DNA of 64,000 nt from Puniceicoccus vermicola (GCF_014230055.1 NZ_JACHVA010000046.1:91963-155962); one strand, 5' to 3'. Positions 29,112 through 40,099 are shown, counted from the stretch's first letter. Program-made: numbers and translations. Notes: a model not told the origin generated them from the letters alone.

Positions 29112-30635
29112 CTATCGGGCGTAGTATGGATTCTTGAATATTGATTTAGCTGGATATGGGTTATCGGAGGATGCTTCGGGTGGATTGTCTCTGAACTCCA
29201 CAACAATCGGTTCGAAATGGGGATCGGCGATTAAGCCTATCCCGGCGAGCGCAGCGGATTGGCGATGATGGTCGTCGCTCTGCATTAACTCATCCACCAG
29301 AAACTCACGGGTGCGTGCCGGGTCCAATTGCATCAAGGCCTTCGCCATTACGGCACCATAACTCTGGTTCACTCCATCCATAACCCTACTGAGGTAGATC
29401 GATTGAAGAAATTCCCAGTCCTCTTCGCTTCCTTTGATTGCAAGTGTTTTGACGGCATTTAAAAATTTCCACTTTCGAGGATCTTTCTGCCTGGAGCTTG
29501 TGCCGAGATCGATAATCTCCATGATCTCGTCCATTGGCAGTTCCAAGACCTCGATACGCGCCCATGCGTCAACGCCTCCGTTGAGAGGGGTAGGGCCCTG
29601 GAGTAGGGTTTCGATTGCGGCTCTTCCTTGAGGCGAATCCTGTTCGTTCAATCGTCGGAGGGTTTGGGGTAGCATCTCCATTTGGAGGTTTTCGGAGACG
29701 ACCTGGTAGGCAAAAGCATCCACCACGGGGTCTTTTTGCGAAAACAGCGGTTCCAAATCTTCTTGGTCGAAGTCGGTATACCGACGATCCGGCAATGGCC
29801 TGGATTGAGCGCGTAGCATTTCGCCGAACAGATCAAAGCGTTTGTTTGCCAAGATATGAGTAGTTGCCTGCTCGACTACCTCGGGATCGTTATTTCCGAG
29901 CATGAGGGCTAGCACATCTTCGGTCGGTTTCTGGGGTAGAGTCGATAGCAAGTATGAACCTGTCTGACGGATAATCGGATCTGAAGATTCAAGAGTCTGG
30001 AGAAGAAATTCCGTATCGTGGACAAAGGGAAAAATCTCCTGATCGGAGCCGGATTCGAAAAACCTCAGGGTTTCTTCCCATTGTTCGGGGCTGTCGATTA
30101 TATTGAGTGCTGCAGAGAATTGGTTTCTTTGAAGAAAGCTCTCTTCGTAATAAGCATCCTTGATAGGGGTATCGGCCGGATAGAGATCATTGATAATGGT
30201 GTAGGTTTCTCGCGCCAACCGGAGGTCGGGGACTCTCTGATAGAGATGGTCCAATGCTGACATCGCATACAGTCGTGGCTCGGCCCATTGTCCCTCACCA
30301 TAGACCCCGCACGCGACCCCACCGGATAGAATGCCGCTACGGCCGAACCCTCTTCGTTTAAAGAGGTGCTGGCACGGTTGTTCGAGAATGAGGTTAAAGG
30401 TTTCTGTTCTGCCCATGGGGATTGGCGGCAAACTCAACGTGTTAATCTGACTGGAATTCCCTTCCACCTTCTTTTGCTTATCCGAAATACGTATACCAAA
30501 GATACGAATCTCCTTCCCTCGTCGTTCCTCTAAACAGCGCACGCAGATCGAAGAATAGCCAATCAGGGTGCCCGTAAAGAGGCCAATGGCAGCGACTACA
30601 AGAGCTAGGATTAGGAGACGTTTTGCGAGCTTCAT
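29112..30635 (-). CDS. Hypothetical membrane-anchored protein with helical (HEAT/ARM-like) repeats
   Basis: N-terminal TM (LLILALVVAAIGLFTGTLIGY). Remainder is alpha-helical with no catalytic motif. Confidence 0.5.
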   Translation of the reverse strand: MKLAKRLLILALVVAAIGLFTGTLIGYSSICVRCLEERRGKEIRIFGIRISDKQKKVEGNSSQINTLSLPPIPMGRTETFNLILEQPCQHLFKRRGFGRSGILSGGVACGVYGEGQWAEPRLYAMSALDHLYQRVPDLRLARETYTIINDLYPADTPIKDAYYEESFLQRNQFSAALNIIDSPEQWEETLRFFESGSDQEIFPFVHDTEFLLQTLESSDPIIRQTGSYLLSTLPQKPTEDVLALMLGNNDPEVVEQATTHILANKRFDLFGEMLRAQSRPLPDRRYTDFDQEDLEPLFSQKDPVVDAFAYQVVSENLQMEMLPQTLRRLNEQDSPQGRAAIETLLQGPTPLNGGVDAWARIEVLELPMDEIMEIIDLGTSSRQKDPRKWKFLNAVKTLAIKGSEEDWEFLQSIYLSRVMDGVNQSYGAVMAKALMQLDPARTREFLVDELMQSDDHHRQSAALAGIGLIADPHFEPIVVEFRDNPPEASSDNPYPAKSIFKNPYYAR

Positions 30636-30964
30636 CGAATGAGTTCAAAAGGATTTAAAACTCTTACCGATCTGGCTAGCTATCGTTGTTCGCGAAATTC
30701 AAAGGAGTGCGATTTAAGAGGGGATAGCGGGATTGAGGTGGGGAAGGGAGCGAAAGAATGGCGAGGGTGCCGAGAAGTGGTTGGGGGCTTGGTATGAAGC
30801 AAGTTCTAATTGCGGTGCAGGCGGGAGGCGAGAGAAATTTAGCCTCACGGAGAGACTCGGCGTTCCCAAGTTTGTGCAGTGACTTGGGAACCTTGACGGT
30901 CGCGCAGCTAAAGCTGAGCGACTACTTGGTGAAAAGCACCTTCGATGTTGTCGTGATTTGGGCC

Positions 30965-31080
30965 GAATCTGGCGCCCTAGCGCGCCTCCGCCTCAGTAGG
31001 CGAGAGTGAGTGCCCCGTCCTGAATTCCGACGTTCAAACCGTATCTCATCGGATAGGAGGTGCCGGATTGTTGGATGACG
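30965..31080. repeat. Repeat family D copy overlapping the genuine 3' end of lipoprotein gene 30993..31889
   Basis: gcgcctccgcctcagtaggcgagagtgagtgccccgtcctgaattccgacgttcaaaccgtatctcatcggataggaggtgccggattgttgg. Confidence 0.65.
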
Positions 31081-31889
31081 AGGTCGAGGGTGTAGACCGG
31101 TTCGATGGTGAAGTCGTAGGCTTGGCCGTCGTAGGAGGTGAAGATTTCCTGATTGTCGGGGTGCTCTCGATCAATCCGGGCGAATTCGTAGTGGGAATAG
31201 TCAAAGGGGGCGAAGTTCTTCAGTCCGTCGATCATGTATTGGGCGATTTCGGGTTCGTCTGTCGGTCCGATTGCGGCCAAGTCTTCGTAGTTCCCCGATT
31301 CCATGGCGGCGGCGACTTGATTGAGAAAATCGGCTTCGCCTTCCGAGAGTTCGGGAGGACGGAGGTTTCCATTCTCGTCCTCGATCCATTCGCTTTTGTA
31401 GCGATCTTCTCGGACGATGGTCGTGCTTTCCTGATTGACGGGATTTTCGATGGAGCGAGCCTCGGCGATGACAGCGGCGAAGCGCTCGTCAAAATCCATT
31501 GGGCTGCTCAGCGAATTACCGGAGAGTCCGGTGACGACGCCGTCTTCGATATCCGCAGAGACGTAGCCGATCATTTGTTCCTGCTGGCTGGAGCTTACGA
31601 GCATTTGGGCTAAACCGAATCCCTCCATGACGTTGCTGCCGCTGGCAATGATTAAGATCGGGTCGCCGTTCTCCGGGGCCGCAAATTCGATACGCTCGAT
31701 TCGGTCTCCGGGGACAACGCGGACAAAATCGACCAGATTGTCTTCCTGATCGAGGGCGATGACGAGTGCGTCGTCAGTTGGATCCGTCGTCGGGACCTCC
31801 GAATCAGCAGTCGGTCCGGACCCGGAATCCGGGGAGCAGGCGGTGAAGAAAAGGGCAAGAATCGCGAGGGCAGGGGAGAGACGCTTCAT
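30993..31889 (-). CDS. Hypothetical lipoprotein (298 aa)
   Basis: Lipobox LFFTAC. The C-terminal 20 aa (…YPMRYGLNVGIQDGALTLAY) is also encoded by repeat family D. Confidence 0.55.
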   Translation of the reverse strand: MKRLSPALAILALFFTACSPDSGSGPTADSEVPTTDPTDDALVIALDQEDNLVDFVRVVPGDRIERIEFAAPENGDPILIIASGSNVMEGFGLAQMLVSSSQQEQMIGYVSADIEDGVVTGLSGNSLSSPMDFDERFAAVIAEARSIENPVNQESTTIVREDRYKSEWIEDENGNLRPPELSEGEADFLNQVAAAMESGNYEDLAAIGPTDEPEIAQYMIDGLKNFAPFDYSHYEFARIDREHPDNQEIFTSYDGQAYDFTIEPVYTLDLVIQQSGTSYPMRYGLNVGIQDGALTLAY

Positions 31890-32123
31890 GAATTTCCAAT
31901 GATTGGAGAGGACGGTTCCGGGGCAAGAGCAAAGGTCGGGGTTGGGAGGGGAGTTTCCTTGCTGTTGCTGGTCTTTGTTGGAGTCCCGGAGGCATTTACT
32001 GGAGCGCGGATTTCAATCCGCCCCGTTGGAACGGCAGCGACGGTTTCGTAGGGTGGTGGTGCTGGGTTCGCTGGGGTGGGATTGATCTTCTGGGTTTAGC
32101 CGTAGGCGTAGTAAACCAACGAG

Positions 32124-35100
32124 GTGGAGCGGATTCTTCGTTTTCCGGCTTTTGAAAGATCCGTTTTTAGAGTAGGTTTTTTTATTGTGATTACCCGTTT
32201 TCGATCTGTCTTTTTTCTTATTCTAGTTCTTTGCGGAGTGTATTCCGCCCATGCCTCTGCCGACGACATCATACTTGGGTGGCCGCCTGAGGTGCGCGAG
32301 CGGATCGAGCCTCTGCTACTTCCATTCGATCTGTCCACCGTGGATCTGACGAAGTATGACCCCGCCATCTCGGATAATGTGATCTTGCTCAATGATTCCG
32401 TCGTCTACGTAGCTGAGGACGGGACGATTTATGAAGTTTTTCAACGGGTCTACTCTGCATTAACGGACGGAAACCTGCGCTATCTAGGGGAGGATACGTA
32501 TCGGTTTCGTCCCGATACACAGAAGATCTACGTCGTTACTGCCGAAACCATTCAGAAAGACGGGCGGCAACTGCCTGTGCAGGAGGAGGGGATGATCCAT
32601 CAGACGCCGCAGCGTGACGCCGACCGGGGGATTTACAGTGGTAGGGAAGAACTGCTGCTCATCTTTCCCGGTTTGGAACAAGGGGCGATCGTGCGTTCGA
32701 TCATCATTCGGGAAAGCCGGGAGGGGCGTATCCCCGGTGAGTTTTCGGATTATTGGATCTGGACGAGTTCTTGGCAGACGGATCGGAAGAGGGTTCTGCT
32801 GGACGTTCCCCAGTCTTTGGCTCAGCGGTTGGAGTTCTATACGTTGGGAGCCCCGGTTCCGCCCCGAGAGGACCTGGACGGGGAGGATGGGCGCAAGCGT
32901 TTTGTCTGGGAGGCTTCTCCGCTGACAAACCGGAATTGGGAGGCCCGCGATGCGCCTCTGATTCAGACGGGCCCTTTGAACTATGTCACCACTCTGGAGA
33001 GTTGGGATGCGTTCGCGGCTTGGTATGGTGAACTGCTTGAGGAACGTTCTGAGCTGCCGGAAAGCTTGTTGGCGGAGTCCCGCGAATGGGTCTCTGATGC
33101 GGAGAGCCCTCAGGAGGTGCTGGAGGTGCTTTTCGAGAAAGTGGCGAGAGACGTTCGGTATACGAGTATCGATTTTGGCTATGCAGGGTTTCAGCCGCAA
33201 TCGGCGGAAAGCGTTTGGAACAACAAGTTTGGAGATTGTAAGGATAAATCGAATCTTCTCCGCCTCCTTTTGAAGGCCAATGGAATCGACGCCTACCTGA
33301 CTCTGATCAATACCGATCATGCGGGGCGAGTCGATCGACGGGCGCCGGATTATCGCTACTTTGACCACGCGATTGTTACGGCGATCCTTCCCGATGGCAC
33401 CCGGATCTTTTGCGATCCGACCTTGTCCTATGGTTGGCCGGGCTTGATTACTCTGGGCAACTCAGACCGTCCGGCTTTGATGATCGAGCCGGAGACCTCT
33501 TCCGGAATATGGGTCCAGACTCCGCAGGTGGATCCGGAGATCCTGAACTATGAATTTGACCTGGATTTAGACGACGCGGGTATGCTCTCCGGATGGTTTT
33601 CGTTGTCCGCGGAAAACAGTTACTCCGCGTATTTTCGCAAGAGATTCGAGGGCGAGGATCATGAGTATGTCCGTCGGGAGGTTCGCAAGTATGTCCGCTA
33701 TTTCTTCCCTCAGGCGGACGTGATCGATTTTGAGATCGAATCTTCGGATGACGTTCACGAGCCGTTTAAAATGCGAGCCTATCTCGTAACTTCGCTGGTG
33801 CAAGCCGGGGAACAGGGAGAGGTCAATCTGGGCTGGCCGGATATCGACTGGTTGTTGCCGGATATGGGATCGGATAACTCGGTGACGCGGTCGGCGTTTT
33901 TGGATGCGGATCATGTTGACGTTACCTTCCGAGTCGACCTGCCGGATCGTTACTGGCCGGTTTCGATTCCAGGTAGTTTCTCCGTGAGCGCGCCCCCTTT
34001 CTCGTCGAGGGGTGAATGGTCATTCGATGCGGAAGCCGCCTCCGTTTCGGGTGAAGTCTCATTTGCGACCAGCGATCCCCTCGTGAATCCGGGGCAGTTT
34101 ACCTCATTCTTTAACGCGGTAGATGCGACGGATGCATGGATTGACCAGCAGATTCGACTTGGCGAAGGGGCGGATCGCCCGATGGTCATGCGCCAAAGTC
34201 CGGATGACGGTCGGACTTTGGAAATGGAGATGATGCCGACGGGGCGGGGGCAAATCGATTTGGTGGATCAGCTGTATCCGGAGGGTCCTGACAATGAGAT
34301 ACGGAAGCGAGCGTTGGAGCTTGCGGGGCAATGGTTCCCTAAGGATCCCCAGGTTCAGTTTGAGGTCGGGATCCGGCTTGCATGGATCCTCGTGAACGAG
34401 GACAAGCCAGCGGAAGCCTTGGAGAGCGCACGGAAATTGATTCGGGATGGAGAGGGGTGGCTCGACTCGTTAAGTCTCGGATGGGTCTACTATTTGGAAG
34501 GGGTAGCCCTGCTGGACTTGGGCGAGAATGCGGAGGCGCTCGGAGTCTTTCAGAGTTTGGCGGACGATTCGCGGTTTAGTGATTATCGACGCGCGTGGGC
34601 GAACTATCAAGTAGGCCAGTTGCTGGAGGATCAGAATCCGACAGAGGCGCTGGAACGATACTGGGCTGCATTCGAACTCCTTGAGCGGGAGAGAGAATAC
34701 TACCTGAGAGCCATGTCCGAGTTGGCGATGGAGGGGGATCTTGGGAATGAATTTTCCGGATACTTGCAGCGGGTCGTCGACGAGAATCCGGATTTTGTAG
34801 AAAATATGATCGGCGCTCTCCAAGCTCAGTCCGTCGAGTGGATGGAAAGGGGGCAGGGTTCACTGCGATCCGTGCGCTTGCTGGGTGCCTTGGAGCAGGT
34901 CCAGTACGGAGACGATGTTCTGGCGAGTCGGTCGGAATTCGATTCGATTCGGGAATTTCAGGACCTTACGGCCACCTATCAAGGAATACAAAGCGACCTT
35001 CATGATTATCTTCGCGAGAATCGTCCGGAGTTTTGGGATGAGGAGAGCTTTGAGGAAGACGCTAGAACGCAAGAGGAGTTGACCGAGGACATGGATGAGG

Positions 35101-38100
35101 CTGAGGAGGAATGGAGAAAGAATGATGCCGCTCGGTTGGCGTTGACGAAGGTTCTGAAGAACCCCGGTGATGCTTCGTTTCCGCAGGCGTATTGGAAAGC
35201 GTTGCTTTATTTGGATTGGAGGGAGATGGGTGATGAGCTGCCGGAAGACGATACCCTGGATTACGTCTTGAACCTCGGAGAGAGATTTCCCGAAGAGTCG
35301 GACGAATTTGTCGAGCTGCGTTTCCTTAGGGCGAAATTTCATAACCGTCGAAATGAAGTGGATGAGGAGTATGCGGTTTTTCTTGGTTTGATGGGGGCAG
35401 ATCTCGGGGCCAATTGGCAGGACAGTTTGACGGGCCGAGCGGGTCTGAATCGAGAACAGGCCGGCGAATTTGATGAGGCCTTGGAGATTTATTTATCCGT
35501 GGAAGATCTTTTGGCGGAAGATCTTGATATGGCCGTCCAGTTGGTCCGGGCCGTCTACATCTATTTGGAGAATGGCGACCTCAATGAGGCGGAGGCACTG
35601 ATAGCACGGATCTATCCGATCATCGCCGACGTGGAGGAAACGAACCCCGCGATCGATCAACTCCGTCGGTGGAATGATCATCGGGAAGCGGGGACTCTCC
35701 GCGATCTCTGGAGCCGCCAGAAGGTTTGGTGGCCGGAGTGGGAAGCTCTGGCCTTGGCATGGGAGGGAGAAGCGATTCCCGAGTCCGGTCATGTCGTCCC
35801 TATAATCGAAGATCTCAGTGTGCTCGGTGGGGAATTGGGCACCGCTCTTCAGGCTCATGACCGCGAGGAGATTTTCCGAATTTATCAGACGCTAATCAAC
35901 TCCGCCCGATGGGATAGCTACTTTGTCCCCGAGGTGCAGGCAACGATACGATTGGGCGATGACGAGTTCCCCGATGCGGTGGAGGAAGCGAACGATCTCG
36001 TTGTGGCCATGTTCGAGTCACTTCCCATCGCAAACGACTCTGTGTGGAGAAACAGTTTGTATTTTACGATCCTTTCTCTTGACGAAGCAGGGGACCAGAA
36101 GACCGCAATGGAATTGGTCGAAGAGTATTTCGAGGTGGATCCACCAGAAGACTCAATTTATCGAACGATCGAACGGTTGGGGGCTCTCTTCGCCACTAGG
36201 CTGAACCTCGAGCTCGATGAATGGATCGCTCGGCTTAAGGGGCAGTTGGATACGGTCGAAAGAGAAAATTACGTCTACACGGTTAATGTGTTGGCTAGAG
36301 TATTACGGGCAGACGGTCAGTTTGATGAAGAGGAAGAATTGCTCGCCGATTATATCTCGCAGTTTCCTTATGACAGTTCGGCGATAGCCAATACCCTTAA
36401 GGTTCGATTGCAGGAGATTGAAGAGTTTCAGCGGTCTGTCGCCGTCTTCGAAGCCACGTATTCCGACTGGCTTGAGCAGGATGCTCCCGATTGGCTGTCG
36501 TGGATGCCTGGCATGGATTTGGCGAGTTATAGTCCGGATCGTGTCGCTTTCATGCTAGAAGACGGGTCCTATCCGGGGGAGAGTATCTTCGAGCAAACCT
36601 ATTTCCTTGCTATTGCTGCGAAAGACCCGCGTCTGGACCTTGAGGAGAGGGAGTGGGCTTTTTCGGCACTGATCCAGATGATCCCACAAACCACAGCGAC
36701 GGTCGAGGAGGCTCATGTGTATTTGCAGTCGATCTATGAAAAAGAGGCATTCTCTGAGGAGATTCGAGCTCTTGGATTCTGGGTCGATTTTGTGTCGTTG
36801 GCCTTCTCGCAGAATCTGGATTTGGTGAACGAGTTGAAGACCACCCGTTTCTACACAGAGCCCACGGCTGTCTACGGCCGGGATGTGAAGGAGGATCTAC
36901 TGCAGATCTGCGAATTGAATCTTACATCAGAGGAAGAGGTTCTTGGGTTTCTGGACGAGATAATCGTGGAGGCTCGGTTCCATCAGGTGATCCCGGGCCT
37001 TTTGATGGTTTCTTTTGATGCACTGCTGCAACAAGGAAACTTCGAGGTTGCGGAGGAGTATATGGCGAAAGTGGCAGCTTCGAGCCTAGGGAGGAACCGG
37101 GACCTGCAATATCGCAATATTCGTTTGGGAATCATTCGTTCGATTGAGGCTGCTCGCGAATTGGAACCTATGGATAGGATTTTGGGTGAAGCCTTTGGTG
37201 AAGTAATCGAGGCTTTTCCCGAAGAGGCTGCGTTGCCGGAAGAAAGTTATCTGGGGCAGGACGTGGCTGAATACTGGGCGGGTCCGGATCTGAAGGCGTT
37301 CATCAAATATCATTGGGTCAATCGGTTTTATGACCGTGAGTCACTTTTGTTGTGGAGTAGTTTATTCCGTTATTCGTCGCGGGATTTGGACCTTTCGGCG
37401 AAGGTTTGGGAAAGGCTGCCTGAAATGGCACCTGCACTTCTGAAAAATGTAGATGATGACGAGTCAGCGTTTTTTGCAGCCTTTCTTTTAACTCTTGCTT
37501 CGGATTTGGATAATCCTGAGCAGAGGGATTTCATTCTGGCTCAGTTTATGGCGATTCGGGAGCTTGGGTCCTTTCCCTCTTGTGAGGAGTTCATGAATTC
37601 GGTCGAGTTGGACGTACGCCTTAGAACGGGTGAAGCGTTTGATATTGAGGCGATTGCCGATGCAAACAAAAAGGTGGCTTCATTTAACGTATACGAAGGT
37701 GACGTGATCGAATACTATTTGTCACGCGATGAAGTCGCACCTCTTGAGAGATATTTGAAGACGGTTTCCGTGGAAACCGCCTTCAGCGAAGCGGTCGTTT
37801 CGAAATATATTAGAGCGCTGAGGCGTTGCGGACTAGAGGGGGAGTATCGGTTCGCCGCCGAGGAGGCAGTGGAGATCCTTCAGAGAGAAATGGCTCTGAG
37901 CCTAATCAATCAGGAGCCGAGTCATTTCCGATTTGTCTTCAATTTGGCGGCTGTGATGCCGGATGACTTTGTTCTCGATCCCGAGTGGATCCGGGCGATG
38001 CGGGAACGGGTAAGACCCCCGGAGAAATTGTACTTCGAGACAAGAGCTTCCTTTTATGAAGAGGATTGGGAGAAGACGGTGGTGAATGCTGGGCAACTCG

Positions 38101-38276
38101 TGGAAGAGCTCCCCAAATATTATGACAATTACTATTATCTCGGGATGGCGAATTTTCAGCTAGGGAATTACTCGCAGGCGAGCGAAGCCTTTGCGGTGTT
38201 CTGTAAATTTACGAAGGATTCTCCATACTGGCCCGAGGCGACGCGGTTCCTGCAGCTCATCGAGGAGAAAAAGTAA
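32124..38276 (+). CDS. Large secreted DUF3857 / transglutaminase-like cysteine protease-domain / TPR-repeat protein (2050 aa)
   Basis: Signal/TM near the N-terminus. Transglutaminase-like core GDCKDKSNLLRLLLKANGIDAYLTLIN...FDHAIVTAILPDGTRIFCDPT (Cys-His-Asp). Long TPR-like helical repeats through the C-terminal ~1500 aa. Confidence 0.7.
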   Translation: MERILRFPAFERSVFRVGFFIVITRFRSVFFLILVLCGVYSAHASADDIILGWPPEVRERIEPLLLPFDLSTVDLTKYDPAISDNVILLNDSVVYVAEDGTIYEVFQRVYSALTDGNLRYLGEDTYRFRPDTQKIYVVTAETIQKDGRQLPVQEEGMIHQTPQRDADRGIYSGREELLLIFPGLEQGAIVRSIIIRESREGRIPGEFSDYWIWTSSWQTDRKRVLLDVPQSLAQRLEFYTLGAPVPPREDLDGEDGRKRFVWEASPLTNRNWEARDAPLIQTGPLNYVTTLESWDAFAAWYGELLEERSELPESLLAESREWVSDAESPQEVLEVLFEKVARDVRYTSIDFGYAGFQPQSAESVWNNKFGDCKDKSNLLRLLLKANGIDAYLTLINTDHAGRVDRRAPDYRYFDHAIVTAILPDGTRIFCDPTLSYGWPGLITLGNSDRPALMIEPETSSGIWVQTPQVDPEILNYEFDLDLDDAGMLSGWFSLSAENSYSAYFRKRFEGEDHEYVRREVRKYVRYFFPQADVIDFEIESSDDVHEPFKMRAYLVTSLVQAGEQGEVNLGWPDIDWLLPDMGSDNSVTRSAFLDADHVDVTFRVDLPDRYWPVSIPGSFSVSAPPFSSRGEWSFDAEAASVSGEVSFATSDPLVNPGQFTSFFNAVDATDAWIDQQIRLGEGADRPMVMRQSPDDGRTLEMEMMPTGRGQIDLVDQLYPEGPDNEIRKRALELAGQWFPKDPQVQFEVGIRLAWILVNEDKPAEALESARKLIRDGEGWLDSLSLGWVYYLEGVALLDLGENAEALGVFQSLADDSRFSDYRRAWANYQVGQLLEDQNPTEALERYWAAFELLEREREYYLRAMSELAMEGDLGNEFSGYLQRVVDENPDFVENMIGALQAQSVEWMERGQGSLRSVRLLGALEQVQYGDDVLASRSEFDSIREFQDLTATYQGIQSDLHDYLRENRPEFWDEESFEEDARTQEELTEDMDEAEEEWRKNDAARLALTKVLKNPGDASFPQAYWKALLYLDWREMGDELPEDDTLDYVLNLGERFPEESDEFVELRFLRAKFHNRRNEVDEEYAVFLGLMGADLGANWQDSLTGRAGLNREQAGEFDEALEIYLSVEDLLAEDLDMAVQLVRAVYIYLENGDLNEAEALIARIYPIIADVEETNPAIDQLRRWNDHREAGTLRDLWSRQKVWWPEWEALALAWEGEAIPESGHVVPIIEDLSVLGGELGTALQAHDREEIFRIYQTLINSARWDSYFVPEVQATIRLGDDEFPDAVEEANDLVVAMFESLPIANDSVWRNSLYFTILSLDEAGDQKTAMELVEEYFEVDPPEDSIYRTIERLGALFATRLNLELDEWIARLKGQLDTVERENYVYTVNVLARVLRADGQFDEEEELLADYISQFPYDSSAIANTLKVRLQEIEEFQRSVAVFEATYSDWLEQDAPDWLSWMPGMDLASYSPDRVAFMLEDGSYPGESIFEQTYFLAIAAKDPRLDLEEREWAFSALIQMIPQTTATVEEAHVYLQSIYEKEAFSEEIRALGFWVDFVSLAFSQNLDLVNELKTTRFYTEPTAVYGRDVKEDLLQICELNLTSEEEVLGFLDEIIVEARFHQVIPGLLMVSFDALLQQGNFEVAEEYMAKVAASSLGRNRDLQYRNIRLGIIRSIEAARELEPMDRILGEAFGEVIEAFPEEAALPEESYLGQDVAEYWAGPDLKAFIKYHWVNRFYDRESLLLWSSLFRYSSRDLDLSAKVWERLPEMAPALLKNVDDDESAFFAAFLLTLASDLDNPEQRDFILAQFMAIRELGSFPSCEEFMNSVELDVRLRTGEAFDIEAIADANKKVASFNVYEGDVIEYYLSRDEVAPLERYLKTVSVETAFSEAVVSKYIRALRRCGLEGEYRFAAEEAVEILQREMALSLINQEPSHFRFVFNLAAVMPDDFVLDPEWIRAMRERVRPPEKLYFETRASFYEEDWEKTVVNAGQLVEELPKYYDNYYYLGMANFQLGNYSQASEAFAVFCKFTKDSPYWPEATRFLQLIEEKK

Positions 38277-38284
38277 ATTTCGAA

Positions 38285-38470
38285 GCGGGAGAGGTTCTTT
38301 GTCAGACTGCGGGCCATTGTTGGAGGACCGGATTTATCCGGAATCATGCAGCCTCTCGGAGGGGCCCTTCCAACGCATTCCGGCTAAAGCCGGTACTCCA
38401 ACGGATTCGGCTGCGTTTCGCTGGACCGCGGATTTTAATCCGCTCCGTTGGAGCCGTCGTTCGTGGGATC
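38285..38470. repeat. Palindromic repeat family G (copy 2)
   Basis: Near-identical ~160-bp copy: ttggaggaccggatttatccggaatcatgcagcctctcggaggggcccttccaacgcattccggctaaagccggtactccaacggattcggctgcgtttcgctggaccgcggattttaatccgctccgttggagccgtcgttcgtggg. Confidence 0.75.
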
Positions 38471-38639
38471 CAAAGCGATACGGCTGACGGGCATGCGGGG
38501 CGGAATGAATTCCGCGCTCGATTTGTGGGCGTTTTTCAGACGGTCTCGCTCGCTCGACTTTTGTACAAGGTAGTGCCGTGAAATCAGGGAAGGACACTGG
38601 ACTCTTCTCCTGCAAGTATATTCTTATGCAGTGGTCTTT

Positions 38640-38760
38640 GTTGGAGTACCAGATTTATCCGGAATTATGCTGCCTCTCGGCGGACCGACCGCTCCTTCGC
38701 ATTCCGGATAAATCCGGTACTCCAACGGTTATGTCTGCGTTTCGCTAACTCTACGCTCCA
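38640..38760. repeat. Palindromic repeat family G (copy 3, 5' part)
   Basis: ttggagtaccagatttatccggaattatgctgcctctcggcggaccgaccgctccttcgcattccggataaatccggtactccaacggttatgtctgcgtttcgct. Confidence 0.7.
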
Positions 38761-38830
38761 GATGATGCTTTCTCCTCTTTATGGCTTCGCTCGCCGAAGC
38801 TCAGCGGTCATCTGGCTTTATTCTTAAACC

Positions 38831-38866
38831 AAAAAAAGCCCCGGAGCGGGTGGCTCCGGGGCTTGA
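38831..38866 (-). terminator. Rho-independent terminator downstream of the SPFH gene
   Basis: On the minus strand, GCCCCGGAGC-CACCC-GCTCCGGGGC (10-bp perfect stem) followed by TTTTTTT, immediately after the stop codon at 38867-38869. Confidence 0.65.
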
Positions 38867-40099
38867 TTAGATGAGCTTGACGATTCGCTTACTCAGCTCC
38901 TGCCCATCTCCAACGAAGATTTGCAGGTTGGCCTTTTCGGTGATCTTTTCGACAGACTCGAGTTCTCTCAGGCGCATCAGGGTCGGGTTTTGCTCAATCA
39001 GCTTGGCCGAGTTGAGCTGGCTACGCATGGCAGCGGTTTCTTCGCGACGCTTGATGTTGTTCGCCTGGGCGGCCTTTTCGGCCTCGATGACTTGGTTCAG
39101 GAGTTCCTTCATATCACCCGGTAGGATGACGTCACGGATCCCCAGTCCCTTGACTTCGACACCGTAATCGGCGGCCTTGGCGCGAATTGCGTTGAGGGCC
39201 TCGTTGGCCACGGTGGACTTATCGGCCAGCAGCTGGTCGAGGGTTCGCCCACCGACTTCGGCGCGGATAATCAGTTGGATCTCGCGGTAGAGCGCTTGTC
39301 CGATGTTTTCCGAGGACTCTGCGACCTTTCGGACGTCCTTCAGGAAGTAGCTGAGAACGGCGTTGAGGCGCAGGGTGACCTTGTCGGCAGTCATGATTTC
39401 CTGTCCGGTCACATCGAGGATCTTTTCGCGCAGGTCGTATGCGTAGATACGGACCTTGCGAGTGTTCTTCCAGAATGCGTAGCGCCCCGGGTTGAGGATT
39501 TCTTCGAATTCACCGTCAACGTAGAGCACGCCGACTCCACCGTCTTCAATCTCGTGGATGTTGAGGTGGACGGCGACGTCCTTGTCCTTGGTGATGATAT
39601 CGAACTGCGGGTGTTGAAAACGGACGCTCTCAACATCGACAACTTCGACCTTAGTCTTTACCGGAGTTTTCCAGTATCCGTAGAGGCCGGGTCCGAGAAT
39701 TCCGTAGAAACGACCGTCGAGCCAGACGAGAGCCCGTTGGTTGTCCTTCAGGTCGATGAAATCAGCGTGGTCGCTGATCACGCTTTCGTCGCGAAGCTGC
39801 CGTAGCTGTGAGCTGGAGACTTCGATCCACGGATTCCCTTGCCAAACAATGTCGACAGTGGTGCGTCCGAAGGGATCGAAGATCCACTTGCGCCCCGGCA
39901 TGAGCAGCTCGACGAATCGACCATCACGGAACTTCAAACCTACATACTCGTACGGGATGTAGATGCGTTTGATGATTTGCATGATGTATGGTTCGTTTTG
40001 GTTTTCGGTTGGTGCGTCGACTACGAGCCGACGCGTGAGAATGAAATAGAGGTGCCCGCAGGAAGCTCGGACGAGTCGATCGGCCACACAATCAGCCAC
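38867..40099 (-). CDS. SPFH/band-7 (stomatin/prohibitin/HflK-C-like) domain protein
   Basis: C-terminal SPFH core (...YREIQLIIRAEVGGRTLDQLLADKSTVANEALNAIRAKAADYGVEVKGLGIRDVILP...) plus a coiled-coil tail. 410 aa. Confidence 0.8.
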   Translation of the reverse strand: MADCVADRLVRASCGHLYFILTRRLVVDAPTENQNEPYIMQIIKRIYIPYEYVGLKFRDGRFVELLMPGRKWIFDPFGRTTVDIVWQGNPWIEVSSSQLRQLRDESVISDHADFIDLKDNQRALVWLDGRFYGILGPGLYGYWKTPVKTKVEVVDVESVRFQHPQFDIITKDKDVAVHLNIHEIEDGGVGVLYVDGEFEEILNPGRYAFWKNTRKVRIYAYDLREKILDVTGQEIMTADKVTLRLNAVLSYFLKDVRKVAESSENIGQALYREIQLIIRAEVGGRTLDQLLADKSTVANEALNAIRAKAADYGVEVKGLGIRDVILPGDMKELLNQVIEAEKAAQANNIKRREETAAMRSQLNSAKLIEQNPTLMRLRELESVEKITEKANLQIFVGDGQELSKRIVKLI

